Part shown: positions 46,737 through 60,618 of the stretch, piece after piece
Numbering within the stretch: position 1 is the first letter of the stretch
Layout of the letters: each line of letters starts with the position of its first letter
DNA from: Pseudogymnoascus verrucosus
Lineage: Eukaryota
DNA: 64,000 bases
NCBI GenBank assembly: GCA_001662655.1
Contig: KV460245.1
Direction: 5' to 3' (one strand)
The notes under the pieces: generated by a model
Told to the model about the DNA's origin: nothing
The model's database searches: none
The model's input: only the letters and a program-made list of their open reading frames with translations
Translations under genes and position numbers: made by a program

Positions 46737-49075
46737 ATGAGCGTTGCTATAGAGAGTCAAGGTGATCTGCCTCTCCCAGATAACCTCCAGCACGCAGAAG
46801 ATGCCCAGAGTGACCTGGGGGATGGCTCGAGCAGCTTGAGCGACATCGAGCAAGACGTCGACCAAGACGACGGGCAGGATGACCTCGACGATGATATGGA
46901 ATCCAACGAAGCAAGCGAAGAAGAGGACGATGAAGAGGAAGAAGAAAACGATTCTGAAGCTGAAACAGAGCGACTGGATGTTTCGCCCGACAAGAAGCGC
47001 ACGCACAAAGACGTCGTTTTGAACTCGCACACGGAGAGTCACACTTTCGAACGGGCTCCGTCAAATCTGCACGGTCAATATGGAGCTGAAGAGGATGAAG
47101 AAGAGGAGTCCGATGAAGAGGATAACCCACCGGGCGATGTTTCTGACGATGAACTGTCGCTCCCAGATTCGCCAAAAACTGCAGCCGAAGAAGAAGCTGT
47201 CGCAGACGCCGCCGATGACGCCGCAGCTGCAACAGCACAATTGGAAGAGTCTATAGCGCAACCAAAAGATATCATGCACGCATTTGATCTCACAAACAAG
47301 AAGAGGAAGCGGTCGCAATTGCTGGACGTCGACTCAGCCGATGCGACCGACACCGGCGAACCTCTCAGGAAGCGCACTGGATCTGTGCAACCACCTGGCG
47401 ATGACTTTGCCGTTGATGACAACGTATCTGCGCGAGGCGACGAAGACACTCCAAATCCCGTTAGCGGAGATTTGTCCGATGTCGAAAGTGTTGACGGGCA
47501 AGAGGAAGACGAGGAGGCTGGGCATCCCGACGAGAAAGAAAAACTACACATTGATGAAGAATTGGAGGAACGTGTAGAGGCTGCGGAACAGTTACGAACA
47601 AGCAAGAGGCGGCGGAAGAGCGCCGTGAATGGCAAGGAGATAGCAGCAGACGAAGCAAACGAGCCTACGGACAAGCACGCCGTAAAAGGAGTCAGCGATG
47701 AAGGAGAAGAGGATCATGCAGAGGTCGAAGCTGATGACGCAGAGGCTGCCCTGAGGGATGAAGAAGAACGTGAGTTTATCCATGCACCGTGTATTTGCCT
47801 GTGAGCGAGCTGACGATTATAAACAGAGGAGAGAAAGCGCATAGCCCTAGAGCAATTGACGGACATAGAGCGTCATTTTTCGTCATTCAGAGATAGATTA
47901 CACGAAGACCGACTGGCGAAACTGAACCACGAAGAATGGATGTTGAAGCAAGACCCACCGATACACCCCGAGTACCTTGCCATGATGCACTGCATTGATG
48001 CGCGAAGAGACGAGAAGCTGAGGATAGAGATGCGACGCGCCGATTACACACGAGAAACCATAGAAAAGTCTGCAGTTGGAAAACGAGCACAAATATTGTC
48101 ACAGTTCTACCAGGAAGTGCGAGAAATTCGCGAGCAGAAACTCGAGCTTCTGGGTAAACAGTGGTACGAGATCCAACACGACAGGCGGGCTCATGGCTCA
48201 AGCGTGGATGACTACGCGTTAAGATATAATACGAAGAAAGAAGACCAGGTTCGGGATCAATACGCATATAACCTGGAAGTGTCGGTTCTCTCAGGCATTG
48301 CAAAATACCGAGGATTTCCAGCAGCTCCAGCAATGGCGCCAGCCACTTCCACAGAGCTGGAAGATGACTTCAAGAAGATGGGCGTAAGTTGTCATCGTGT
48401 CGATCGCTGTTTATATTTGTAGTACTGACATGTGAATAGAAATCCAGCCAAAAACAGCCGCAACAGCGAGCACAGCCAAGTTTACCACTGCAAGACATCG
48501 CCGCGATACGTGCTGCGGCGTCAGCAGCTGCTTTAAAACCAGCTGAAGAACAGTTTATTGAATCAACTCCCTGGGCCAACCCACAGCATCCATCTCATGT
48601 GCACCTTCTCCAGCGCCAATCACCTGCCCAGCAGGGCCCAAGAACAGGTAGCCCCTTCTCGATGGCAGTGGGGGGACAGCCGCGTCGGCAGACACACCAG
48701 CAGGCTGGCGGACTTCCTGTATCTGGAACATTTTCGGGGGTCTCTCAACCTCAAAGCAATAATTTCGCTGCTGGCGCTGGAAGGGGTCAGATAGGCACTT
48801 TCAATAACGCGCCACAACCACAAAAGATGGGACCTTCTCCACTTGGGAGTCGGCGGCCGTCGATGCTACTGGAGCAGAGCAGGCTACCCGCAGCCGTTAA
48901 TGAACAGCCCAAGCCTCACGAGAACCGTCAAAACATGGAGCCCGGACCAGAGGCTTCACACCCGCCCTTAATCAGTCCGCCTCGACCGCAAGAACCCCTC
49001 CACGAGTTCTCATACGAAGGAGGGGTGGGAGTCAAGCGCGAACAGCCGGCGACAGTCACGAATGGGAGGTTCTAA
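46737..49075 (+). CDS. DEP1: Sds3-domain Rpd3L histone deacetylase complex subunit Dep1
   Basis: SSSLSDI and NDSEAETERL motifs, an acidic region, and the Sds3 domain LTDIERHFSSFRDRLHEDRLAKL...HPEYLAM...WYEIQHDRR...EVSVLSGIAKYRGFPAAP. Two introns (about 47770-47826 and 48384-48439). Confidence 0.82.
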
Positions 49076-49473
49076 TTCAAATTTCACTCATCGGGTGCGA
49101 TTCACATTTGGCAATTAGCGTGGAGTATAGAGCAAGGTTTCTTTTTTCTTTGTAGGAGGTTTATTGCACTAATGGAGATGGATACCCTGCATAGGTTGGG
49201 ACGGCAGGCAAGGCGAATTATGACGCCATGAAATTATATACACTGTACATCAGGTTATTCTGTACATGCTCTGGTTTACACTGATAGTAGTACAATGAAG
49301 TTGAGATTCCACTCGCCCACTTTGGAGAGAAATATAATCTTTGTTCGCTCCTGAGCCATCGTATACTGTGTCACCACCCAATGTCCACTCCTACCCATGC
49401 CGCGAATTTCATTCTTCCTCATAAATTGCAAAAGTAAACCCTTAAGCGCCTATTGTTACAATCCTTTCCTATC

Positions 49474-49805
49474 CTATTGGGGTGTCGTCTTCTTTGGGGC
49501 GTCGGGGACGATAACATCTTCGAACTCGTCCTGGGCAACGGCTCTGATCGTGAGGGCATCTGAGGGCAATTGTCAGTAATCTGAGTATCGTACCACTTAA
49601 GAAGCGAGTAACATACAGACTCCCATGGTGAAAGCAAAGATGCCAACACCAGTGAGCATGTTCTTGATGAGATACGGCCGCCTCGCCCGGATCAAGGCCG
49701 GGGACTGCTTGTAGTTCTTGTCATAATATGACGACTTGGGAATGCTGCAGAGAGAATTAGTAAACAAGCCTAATTGCAGGCTTCGGAATGACCGTACATT
49801 GGCAT
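49474..49805 (-). CDS. COA3: Cytochrome c oxidase assembly factor 3 (small, 3 exons)
   Basis: Spliced product MPIIPKSSYYDKNYKQSPALIRARRPYLIKNMLTGVGIFAFTMGVYALTIRAVAQDEFEDVIVPDAPKKTTPQ. SPALIRARRPY..KN and AVxQDxFED are Coa3 signatures. Absent from the ORF track. Confidence 0.88.
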
Positions 49806-50224
49806 CTTGACTTTATTTATGAGGGCTGACAAGAAACATCCATATGGTCCTTCGGCACAAGGCAAGTGAACTTTGGCGGCGGCGATGCAGAGTAGATCCA
49901 CTTTCACGCTAGCGCCCATTCAGAATTATGCTGGTCATAGCTTGCGCCGCATCATGTTACACCTGCGCTGCAACTTCACGTCACGTCCTTCACTTCAAAC
50001 AACTTCGTTTCCATCAAAGAATAATCAACAATCAGCATCAAGGTGGTATAACACACGTAGACACCCGGGGAATATACTATTTTATGGTACTTGAATACAG
50101 CATGCAAGCGACGTCGGCATTGTCCAACCCGACAGCGACAACATTTCCCTGAACATCTTTCTACGACCCTCCTTGGCTCTTTCAACATCCCCTTCACTCA
50201 ATCGCATAGTTCCATGTAGCAGCG

Positions 50225-52830
50225 ATGGCAGCGCCTACTCTGTCAGTCAGCGACCAGCTGAGTCAACTTGATGCCGCGCGAAACCTTGTACTGGGCGACG
50301 GCAACTATTATCCGCAGATTATTCAAGGGATACTTCCGATTATTGGACCTACGGCCAGAGTAGAATTACGAAGATGGGGTGCCGACTTCCTAGCCGAAAC
50401 CTTCTCGAATCCAACAGTATCCTCCAGCCAGAGAGAAACTCTGAGTCTTATCGTCCTGGAGAACTTGAAGTCTATGATCGAGAATGTCAACGAAGATCCT
50501 GCGGTTGTGAAGAGCGTCGTTCAGACCGCAGCTAGTATATACCCTTTTGTCCTCCGTTGGATGTATGTATACCCCCTTGACTTAGCCTAGCAATTTGCTG
50601 TGGAATTTGACATGATTGCTGCTACCCTCATGGCTCTATCCTCTGCGCCCTTGTCATGCCCATGTTGAACCGCGTCTAACAATGGTCTGTCTTAGAATCA
50701 ATAATCCATATGACAAACCGACATGGGAGAAGATGGCTGCCATCAAGACCAGAATCCTTCGAATTTGGGATACCGCCCCTCCAGGAATCAGAATATGCTG
50801 TATCAAATTCTCACAAAGAGTGGTTCTGGCTCAAACAGCACCACCAGATGGAAATGGAAGAGTAAGTGCACGTTCAGACACCCTACAGCTCTCTTGGTTC
50901 ATTCACTGATATTATTCTCACAGCACGGTGATCCACTCGACATATCCCTCGCATTGGTGCCGGAAAATCATACATTGATACCAAAACGAAACCTTGAAGC
51001 CGAAGCATCTGGGCTGTTGGACAGGATGCTTGGAGTACTTCACGAGAACCCGACGTAAGTTCCCCTCGCTCTTCACGTACCGCCTTGCTAAGTTATTAGT
51101 GATGCTGTACTCATTGGTGCCACCTTAAACTCCCTCTCCATCCTCATCCGTGCTCGCCCGGCCATTGCCAATAAAATCCTCCATGCCATATTGAACTTCA
51201 ATCCCCTTAAACTCGCAAACTCGCCTATGACGCCCAAACTCCGTGTGATGGCGAAATCTATGGAGAAGACAACACGGATATTGCTCATGCATGTTCACAA
51301 ACGGTATGCTAGACTCACAATGCCCAATTTGTGTCAGGATATACTGACTGGTGCGGTGCAGTGATCCCCAAGGTCCCATGGCCCTGCGCATTCAGCAATA
51401 TGTCGAGCGTCTCATCCGGTCACGAACGGAGATATTCGATGAAGCACACAGGAAGCGCGGTCCCCCTGAACTGGTGGACGCGAACGATGCAGCCAAACGA
51501 CAAAAGCTTGGAGCTGCTGTTGCCGCTCCAATAATGAACCTTGTCATCCCACCGTTTAGCCCAGGACCACACACCATCGCGGAGTTGTTCACAATCACAC
51601 AGGACAAAGGGTTGATATTTGATGTCTCACAAATACCGGAAGACTTGGTTGCGTCGATTGGTGTGGCCCTCATGTCACAACTGGACGAGGGTCTTTTGAA
51701 GCAAGCTATCAAGGTAAGTCCATGTTTGCTATGTAGAGATTGGCCAGTAACTAATTACGACCATAGGGTGTCCGCGATCGCTTTGAATCCTTCGGAACTC
51801 AGACTGCAATTTCACAGTTGAACCCAGATACAGCACCGCTGGGCGTGGAAGAAGATGACGACGATTACGAGCCCGACTTTGAGGCGGCGGAGGATACCGA
51901 GCAAATATTGAACAAACTCGACAATGCTCCGCCAGAAGAGTCGCCAGACCGACCTCCGGTGGTGGCACTCGGGCCATTTAAGATGCCGGAACCACAAGCA
52001 CTTACCAGCGAAGAAGTGATGGAGAACGGGAAAAATACAGTAGCGCGCGTCTTCTCGGTGATGCAAACGCTCGAGGACCCTGCATTAAAGAAGAATAAAG
52101 CTGGGATCAACCGCCTTGCTGCCAGCACATACGACAGGGAGGCATGGGTCACGATCGTGACGCGCTTGGCAACTCGCGCGCCGGCTGGTTTGGAAGATAC
52201 TACAGGTGTAGTAAAATCAGAAGGTGGCGAGGCGAGGGTGACTCTCGGTGATAATATCCGGGATGCACTCTACCTATACGTTCTTGAGGATTTCAGGCAT
52301 CGGATTGAGACGGCCGTTGCTTGGCTATGCGAGGAGTGGTACAATGATCGGATCCAGGAGAGGGCCGGAGCAGTTACAACAAGTCATTACGACAAATGGG
52401 TGCTCCGAGTGCTGGATGGTATGATGCCATATCTCGACGCTCGCGATAAAGTTCTGACGAGGTTTCTGGGCGAGATTCCAAGACTCACTGTTGAGATGCT
52501 CGAGAGGGTGAAGGGGTTATGCAGGGACCCCGCTATGGTGAACCTCGCCTTAACCAGCCTGCTGTACCTCGTCATGATGCGTCCACCAGTTCGAGAAATT
52601 GCCTTGGATGCCGTCGAGGACGTATGGCGGACTTGTAAGTATATTTAAACCCTCTGCACGCTATATATATCTAACATTGCACAGATGACGATGCCAAGCC
52701 AATGGCAGCGAAATACCTGACCAAATGGCGCCCTGGGTTCATCGAGCGAAACAGCGACACAAACGAGAACAGTGAATCAAAACTGATAGCCGGGTCTGAA
52801 GGGAAGAACGGAGCGCTGTTAACGGCCTGA
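50225..52830 (+). CDS. PTA1: mRNA cleavage/polyadenylation factor Pta1 (symplekin family)
   Basis: QLSQLDAARNLVLGD, ELRRWGADFLAETF, GIRICCIKFSQRVV, LEAEASGLLDRML, KSMEKTTR, FRHRIETAVAWLCEEWYND and LTRFLGEIP. Multi-exon; stop TGA at 52828-52830. Confidence 0.9.
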
Positions 52831-53584
52831 GTAAGATAGGGATACCCCTTCGTGTATCTGTACTGGCATTTGCAAGGCTTGGGACAATAGGGATGGCGAT
52901 TTAATGCATTAGAAGGGCGTTTTTCTTTTTGGGAATTATGAGGTTGGAGCAATCCCGTTAGCTAGATACCTGTGCCAAGAGGTGTACGAATAAGGAGGAG
53001 TTGGCAGAATGGCAGAGAGCATTCAATGATTAAATTTCTGGCCTATAGTAATATAAGCGATATGATAGTACTGTCCTGTCTCTCGTGTGCACCGTAATTA
53101 TGCGACAGCACGACTCGCAACCTGCTCCATGTATTCCCTACAACCATTAAAATAAGCGCATTGATGTGGATCGACCTTAAACCCTTCAAGCATTACCTCC
53201 CCAAATTTGCCAAATCTGTTTCGTTTCATGCAAAACATCTGCTCTTGATGCGGGTTGATAGGCTGTCGTTGCCCAGTCAGCAATGATGCGGCCACAGCCG
53301 CGTTCGTAAGGCGGTAACCATGGACAATTTGGGAAACGCGGGTAACAGTGGAACCAGGGCCAGGGGAAGTGTATAATTGAGGCGACCGACCTTCAACGCG
53401 ATCGCCGCCAATTCCTGTACCATATCTCTCTCTCTCATAGAAGCGCTTCGTTCTGCGTATATCGCCAGTCACTCGTTACGTTCTGGTTTCCATATTACTA
53501 CTACTGCTCTTTGTTTGTTGGCAGCGCTGTTGAGACTGTGTGAGACGTACATATTATTTGTTTGAGGAGCTGGCGAGATGAGCC

Positions 53585-55009
53585 ATGGGTCGAGAATATC
53601 CCCAAGGGACAGTACCGATTCATAAACACGGGTTGCCAGATCAAAGTAAGCAGCCTCGCTGGTTTGCCAGCCGCCTTGCCAGTTAATCCTTTGCGCCTGA
53701 GATCTCGGGCGAAGAGGTCCCCTACTCTAGAATTGCGACCCTGAATTCCCACAAATGACGTCTAGGCGTGTCAATCCATGCAGTTGGCGCTACCTGATCG
53801 TGTTCCTGACACAAAACAGATACAGACACCTCCCGCAGAGGCCTTCGAGAAGATTCAATTGCCCGCCCTGTCGATGCTCATTCAAGATCACTATCACCAA
53901 TGTCTGCCGCAGCCATGAATAGCGTGAAGCTAGTGACGAACAAAGACGACGATGATGTTGGCCAACCTCTATACAAACCTTCGTCTAAGCCGTCGATGGA
54001 TTCTATGAAAATCGAAAAGCAGAGAGGTGGAGGGAATAACAATGCCGGTGCCGGAGGAAATGGAACCAACACCGAAAACCGACCCAATGCCACACCCTCC
54101 ACCCCGGTGGATTCGCGATTGGGGATACCCCGGGTTTCGTCTGTGCGAATGATATCCGCCGAATTTGGCGGCACCAAGAACTACCCTCCCAACATCCCCA
54201 TCGCCGAGGATAACGGTGGCGGAAGCAACGGCTCGACGCCGAACGGGCAATGGAGCTCTGCCGTGGGCCGTGCAAATCTTGGAAAGAGTGGACGAGTGAT
54301 CGAGCGTCTGATGGGAGAAAACGACATGTTGAAACGGGACCTTCAGATCGAGCGACTGCACCTTGAGGAGGCGCGCCAAGCCGTCATAATGACCGAGGAG
54401 CGGATCAATGTCATAGAAACCGACTATGAGGGCCGTCTCCACGACGCCGCCATCAACAAGACTCTACTCAAAAAGCGTGAGAGACAGCTCGCGGATATCA
54501 AGGACCATATCGACGCCGAGAAACGCCGGGCCGACGACGCTGTTGACCGTGAGCGCACATGGCGCGAGGCGATGGAGAGGCTGGAGATCGAGTCGAAGCA
54601 GAAAGTCGACGAGGCGGCCAACTATGCGCTGCTAATGGAAGGTCGATATAAGGCACTAACGAGCCACTGGAAAGAGCAAGGCGAGGTGGTCGACCGTACG
54701 GTGCGCAAGCTGGGCGGCGAGATCACCGGGCTGGTGCAGGAGCGGTTACGCGATGGTGAACGTCTGGATGCGCTGCAACAGCTGTGCAATGAGCAACGGG
54801 AGAACCTGGCGCGTTTGCAAGACGAGAATAAAACGATTGCCGAGACGTCGAAGGCGCACCGGGATGAACAGGATGCCTCGCTTGCTGGTATCAGGACTAA
54901 GGCACTCGCGCAGGAGAAGGCTAATGAAGAGACCCTCGCCGAGACGAAGGAGGCGCTCCATAAGCTAAAGTGGGCGCTCGGTGTCAACAAGAACAGGGAT
55001 ACAGATTGA
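53585..55009 (+). CDS. Coiled-coil protein of the She3-like family of filamentous fungi
   Basis: WSSAVGRANLGKSGRVIERLMGENDMLKRDL and TLLKKRERQLAD, followed by a long coiled coil. Predicted first exon 53585-53645 with a phase-matched intron 53646-53819 extends ORF 53900..55009. Confidence 0.7.
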
Positions 55010-55863
55010 GCGGGGTGGGGGGAACTCTAATGGAACCTTTTTTTAACGACGGGAGTTTTATTTTTGCAATGACGGCACATACACCACACACACTTGGCGA
55101 AGGATAATGAAATTCCAAATGAAGGAGGACTTTTTAACGACTACTATAGAACGGCATACAGCATAGTGTGGCGGATTAGCTTGGCACTGGTAATGGAGAA
55201 GGAGATGACAGATACGGGACCTACTACTTGGCAGATATGGGAACCTTTGGACGGCAGGCAGGCATCGTTGGCGTTTATAACAAGTTGGCAAGTATGGATA
55301 GGCTTTTGCCGTACTTTATTCCAGTCCTATTTGTATACCCGTCTGTCTAATGGCTTTATTTTCTTGTATATGTCTTGTCTTGTTCTCAACTTGTGATGAA
55401 GGTTTAATTGGCTTCTTAAATAATCTAGCAGCTTAATTTTGGGGGGTGGAGGGGTTCTAGCCTTACAGTACTGTATAAATCGATTTTCTAGCCTCAAGCC
55501 ATTGTTCTTTGTTTGCTGCATTTCTTTGTTCTTTGTCTCTTTGTCTCTTTGTCTCTTTGTCTTCCCCTAAGCATATTTTATATATGCCTTGTCGCCTCAG
55601 TCCCTTCAAGAAAACTACCAAAATGCTTATGGGGTTGTTCTGTTGCCCCAGTATTTCACCTCCCCCATAATCTCCAAAATTCACAAAACACAAGTTGACC
55701 TTTTTCAACACCTAACTTTGCAATTCTGTTACATCAACTTCTACTTTCATACTTGCATAGAGTGAGTGACCTTGCTCTATGCTCACCTTGCAATAAGGCT
55801 TTATATAAGCTTATACTTCTACAATCTCGAGGCAGGGTGTTTGTCCCCATAAGATCCCCAACG

Positions 55864-58800
55864 ATGTCATACTACATCTTCTTCTCCTCACAGTGCCAGG
55901 GCTCTGCCCCAGCTGTGTTCTACTACACCTGTCCCTGGACTGTTACTCCTGCTGCGAAGGAGCAGCTGGAGGTCAACTTTACTGCTGAAATTGAAGGTCT
56001 CGGACTTGTAAGTTCATTCTCTCTCCCCTCTCACCCTATCCCCAGATCTAGTTCTGTTGATATGGTATCTCCTTACCCTGATCTATGATCCCTGTACCCC
56101 GTACCCGCATATTACAGCGGGGATACCCCCGTTTAGCTGCAGTTATGCATATTAACTAACAATGCGACCTGGCAGGCTGCACGACTGAGCTATGATCATG
56201 ACAAGCACTTCTTCAAGATCGACTGCCTCCCGGCAGAGAAGGCGATGGTGTATACTAGGTTTTCTCGTGTGATTGACGCCTTCCTCAAGGAGCAGGTTGG
56301 GCCAACTGTTGCGGTAAGTCGTTTTACAAAGTGTGATCTTGATATGTGCATGACTAACCCACACTCTCTTATAGAAAGAGAGCACTCTAGCCACCAAGAT
56401 CGGACCAATTCCCTTAGGAGTACGTACTGAGATCAAGGAAGCTGCAGATGACGCCCTACTTAAGGGATTCATGAAGACAGAATGGTCGTGCCCAAGGATT
56501 GAGCAACTCGGTAGTCTCTTTAGTACTCAGCTGCTAGTGAAGATTGGGCAACTCACTGAGTGTACTTTGACGTATAACTCTGAGGCGAGGATGATTACAA
56601 TTGTCGGTCCCGACCAGGAGACTTGCCACCGTGCAATCCTCAAACTCGATAAAGTTCGAGACTACGAGGTAAGGGCCTCCCTTCCCCTTTCCCACCCACT
56701 CATCACCAACTGTCACTAACCACCCCCAGGTCCCCCTCTTCAACAACCCTTTTCCCAACCAAACCCACCTCTTCTACGCCGAAGAGCACACCGAATACGC
56801 TCCTGTCCCTACCCCTGTAAAGGTAATCCACGCACTCGACCTCTACGAGAATACCCTCCTCGACATCTCCGCCTACCCACCCACACTCAACAGTCCCTAC
56901 CTTGCCCTCTCCAAATCTGCCGTCCTGCGCTGCGCCATCTACAATGAGAACCGACGCGGTCTCCGCCCTTTGCCATTGCCAAAGAAACCGGACCCGGTGA
57001 CTAATGAGGCGCAGAAGGGGGGTGAGTATAAGGTGTTTGCGAAGCATAAGTTTGCTGGGAAGGGAGATGTGGATCCGTTGGTGGGAGTGATTGAGGACGC
57101 GGAGCAGGTGGATGGTGAAGAGGTGGAGGAGGATATTAAGCTTGAGAAGAAAGAGGAAATTGTGGTTTGGGTTAGGGGTGTGAAGGAGGGTGAACCGGTG
57201 CCGGAGGATGTACCAATCGAGGAGAAGGGTTTGATTTCTCCTGTCAAAGAAAAGGTCGGCGAGAGTAGTCGGGCTGCTGAGAGCGCTGGGAAAACTCTAA
57301 GTGTCGATGCAAAGAAGCAAAAGGCTGGTGAGAGTATTCGGGCTGCTGAGAGCACTGGGAAAACTTCCACTGGGGATGCAAAGAAGCAAAAGGCTGGCGA
57401 GAACAGTCGGGTTGCCGAGATCGCTGGGACAACCCCCAGTGGCGATGCAAAGAAGCAAAAGGCTGGTGAGAATGCCCGGGCTGGTGAGATCGCTTGGACA
57501 ACTTCCACCAGGGATGCAAAGAAGCAGAACGCTAGTGTCTCCCCAGTCCAGGCTGCGACTGCCATCGACACCATGCCACCGGAGTTCAGACATCTACCGC
57601 ACCTCAGACGTCTATTCGAACCCCTAGTTCGAGGCCCAGCTCCCCAACGCGCAGCTCCCCAACGCGGATCCCTCCTCGACATGGACATCGAAGACAGCAT
57701 CTCTCTCACGCTGCAACCCCTTTCCCTCCTGCCCACCGCACTCGCTGCGCCAATTGCACCAAGCTTACCAATTGGGCCTGTCAAAGCACCCTCGGAGCCC
57801 CCCAAACCAACCACAGGTTCTCCACAACCACTCATGGAAACCCTCCAAACCACCTCCGAACCCTCAACCCGCACCTACCACCACACCATGAACCTCCGCG
57901 CCGCCCCAAACTCCAAAGGACACTGGGTTGGAAACACCTTCGTGCGTGCTGCTCCCCCGTCCTTCTTGAGCACCCACTTCATCACCTCCCTCCACACCGC
58001 CACCGCGCCTATCCTTCAGGCCCTTCGCGGCTGGCGTGGCAGCGCCAAACTCGAGGTGAAGATCGGACGTATCTGGATCGCCCACGACGCGTTGCAGATT
58101 TCTGAGTCTGATGCCCGTGGAACGGCGGGTATTGTGGATAGGAAGAGAATGGCGAGATGGTTTGAGGGGGGACGTAGAGCCGATATGACTACACTTATTA
58201 CTGAGGAGGCGGGAGATGTCGAGGCCATTGTTGGGATGAAGTTGTTTGAGCAGGATGGTAAGTTTTGGGGAAAGACGCCGAAGTGGGGGATTGAGTATAT
58301 ATTCTCTTGTATGGATCCGAGAGATGGAGGTGCTGGGGGAGAAGATGGGAAGTTTGTGGTGACGGTTGATGCGGAGACGTTTCGGTGGAAGTGTGAGACG
58401 GGGGAGACGTGTTTGGGGGAGACGTGGGTTCATTGCCTTAAGCGCGTGTGGGATTTCAAGGTTTGTGGTACGGGGAGACAGGAGGTTGAGGGTGAGTATA
58501 AGGAGTGGGCGGAGGAGTTGGTTGAGGGCCTTTATGTTCCGTGAGTTTCCCCAATTTTCCTTATCCCACAGTATTTGGCCGCGGATGCCTATGAAGTTGA
58601 GAGCACAGCTAACTTTTTTGCCTTTCTTTCGAACAGACCCAACACAGACATCACAAACCTAACCCTCTCCTTCACCCTCCCCGCCCCCCACGCCCTCTCC
58701 TTCCCCACCATCCGCATCGCCCGCAAATGCACCTACACCAGCACCACCGGCACCATCCTCCTCCACATCACGGAAATGCACGACCTCCTCGTCGAGCGCG

Positions 58801-59150
58801 TGGGCCGCAGTCCCTCCGGGCAAATTGTCTACCGCGCCTCCGCGCGCCCCGGACGAGGAGAGACTCACCAAGAGTCCCGCTGGTTCGAGGTGAGCCTTAG
58901 TGGAAAGGGATGGGAGGGGATGCTTGGCGAAGAGATCGAGGCTGGGGGGGAGAGGAAGCATTGGGGAGAGGAATTGAAGAGTGGGGTGGAGGAGGTGGTT
59001 AGGACGGCGGCGGCGGTGGTGAAGGGGATGGAGGGGGTGGGGGGGTGGAATAGTAACCCGTTTGGGGAGGTGTTGAGGGGGGAGGAAAGGAGGAAGAGGG
59101 AGGAGAAGAAGACTGCTGCGGCTAAGGTGGAAAAGGGGGTTGCTTGGTAG
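55864..59150 (+). CDS. Uncharacterised multi-exon protein with internal 23-aa tandem repeat
   Basis: Four GT-AG introns (donors at about 56008, 56314, 56669, 58541), each with a CTAAC branchpoint, join the short ORFs and ORFs 56970..58544 and 58575..59150 into one uninterrupted frame. No family recognised. Confidence 0.7.
57252..57527 (+). repeat. Coding minisatellite, 4 x 69 bp
   Basis: GATGCAAAGAAGCA recurs at 57306, 57375, 57444 and 57513. The unit encodes KxGExxRxxExxGxTxxxDAKKQ. Confidence 0.92.
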
Positions 59151-59195
59151 GATGGTAGTGGGGTTGGCTGGAGGGATCTGTCTAATGCTTCTTAT

Positions 59196-59274
59196 AGAGG
59201 CTTATGGTGTCTTGTCTTCTCACACAGAGGCCCATGCTGTCTTGTCTTCCTACAGAGGCTCATGCTGTCTCATG
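59196..59274 (+). repeat. Short degenerate tandem repeat (about 29 bp x 3) in 3' region
   Basis: AGAGGCyyATGsTGTCT units start at 59196, 59226 and 59254. Confidence 0.75.
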
Positions 59275-60618
59275 TGATGATGGAAGGCTGTCCATGAAAC
59301 TACTTCATGTGTAAACTAGCCAAGAGAATAAGAATACACGTGATATATCAGTCCAACTTCAGGGTGAATCCGCACTCTGGCTGCACCAGCATTATGCCGA
59401 CATCTTTCCAACATTTCTATAAAGTACTCACTCTGCCACTCGTACGATTATGCTATACGCTGTAGTAATATAAATTGCAATACAAATTAGAAATCCCAGA
59501 TTAAAAAGGGCAACCTACCGAAGATCTCCCTGTGCCAAGGTGGAGAGCGTGCGGCACAGAGCCTGCGTTTCCGTTTCGTTCCGCCCGTTAGTGACGCCAC
59601 AGCCACAGGGGACCCCATCGGAAGCCCACAAGCAGTTAGTATCCAACACTCTTATTTGCACGACGATGATGAAAATGCATGGGGAGACGGGATGGAGGTG
59701 GCGGAAAGTGGTATAAAATGCTCATAAATGGGTATAAGTGCGTATAAATCCTTGCGAGAAGAGTACAAGCTGTTGTAAAGTTCAGGGTTATTTACGAGGA
59801 GATATCAGAATCTGACGTCACTATAAACAGTACCTGGCTTTCCAACATATCCACCACCCATAACCAAGTACCAAACTTGCGACTCGGACTAAAATAAACA
59901 ATTTTCGACCGCTTTGCCACGGAGAAGCTGGCCCTGGTCTAATTTGTGTGATATTCCTAATATCTCCTACTACGTTCTATACTGCATGTATGTACGGCTG
60001 GACCGCCTATCATCACCCTCCCGCTCGATCGTCGTCCAGTGAAGATGCCCATTCTTTCTCTCATGTCTCACAGAGGTAAATCCTAAATCATAACCTGTAC
60101 AGCCTCCGGTCTGGACTTTTCCAGACTCATCCAGGGTTCAACCCGCTCCCTTATCTTGCTCTGAACCCCGTTCGGCATCGGTTGGTGGGTTCCTAGTGAG
60201 GCACCCCGTTGGACACTAGACGTCGTAGTGCTCCTCCTACGTCCACTTTTCTTGCCCCGTTCAATCTTCTATCTCCATATCTCCATCTTTCCTCCCCATC
60301 AAAAACCCACTGTACCGCTCCCCCTCCCCCACTCTCAGTGCCCTGATTCCCTCATTCTCGACCTAATTGGCAGCATCCCCTTCTCCATATGTGATTCTCG
60401 ACTCTCCCCTGGGTCAACTTACACGGCTGCCAACCGGTTACCTCTACAATGTGGCCTAGTGTGAGGTTTCTATTTTGGAACGAAGACGCGCAACCGCCCA
60501 TCTATCTGCCCATCATCGATTCCCAAACCGTGATAATCTTTCTTCTTCAAACATACTGTCGCTACCTCCCTAATCGCATATATACCCATCTCGAAACTCG
60601 AATGTTGGCTGGCCAGCA

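Noticed and set aside
53098..53472. 124-aa minus-strand ORF between PTA1 and the She3-like gene
   Set aside because: No motifs, splice support or coding-like composition.
57252..57527. CRISPR-like regularly spaced repeats
   Set aside because: Eukaryotic in-frame coding minisatellite; the 'spacers' are homologous to each other.
59270..59370. TGATGA box C-like motif
   Set aside because: No downstream CTGA box D or terminal stem at a suitable distance.
60100..60150. tRNA-like GGTTCAACCC with a nearby small hairpin
   Set aside because: No acceptor stem, D-arm or 7-nt anticodon loop can be formed.
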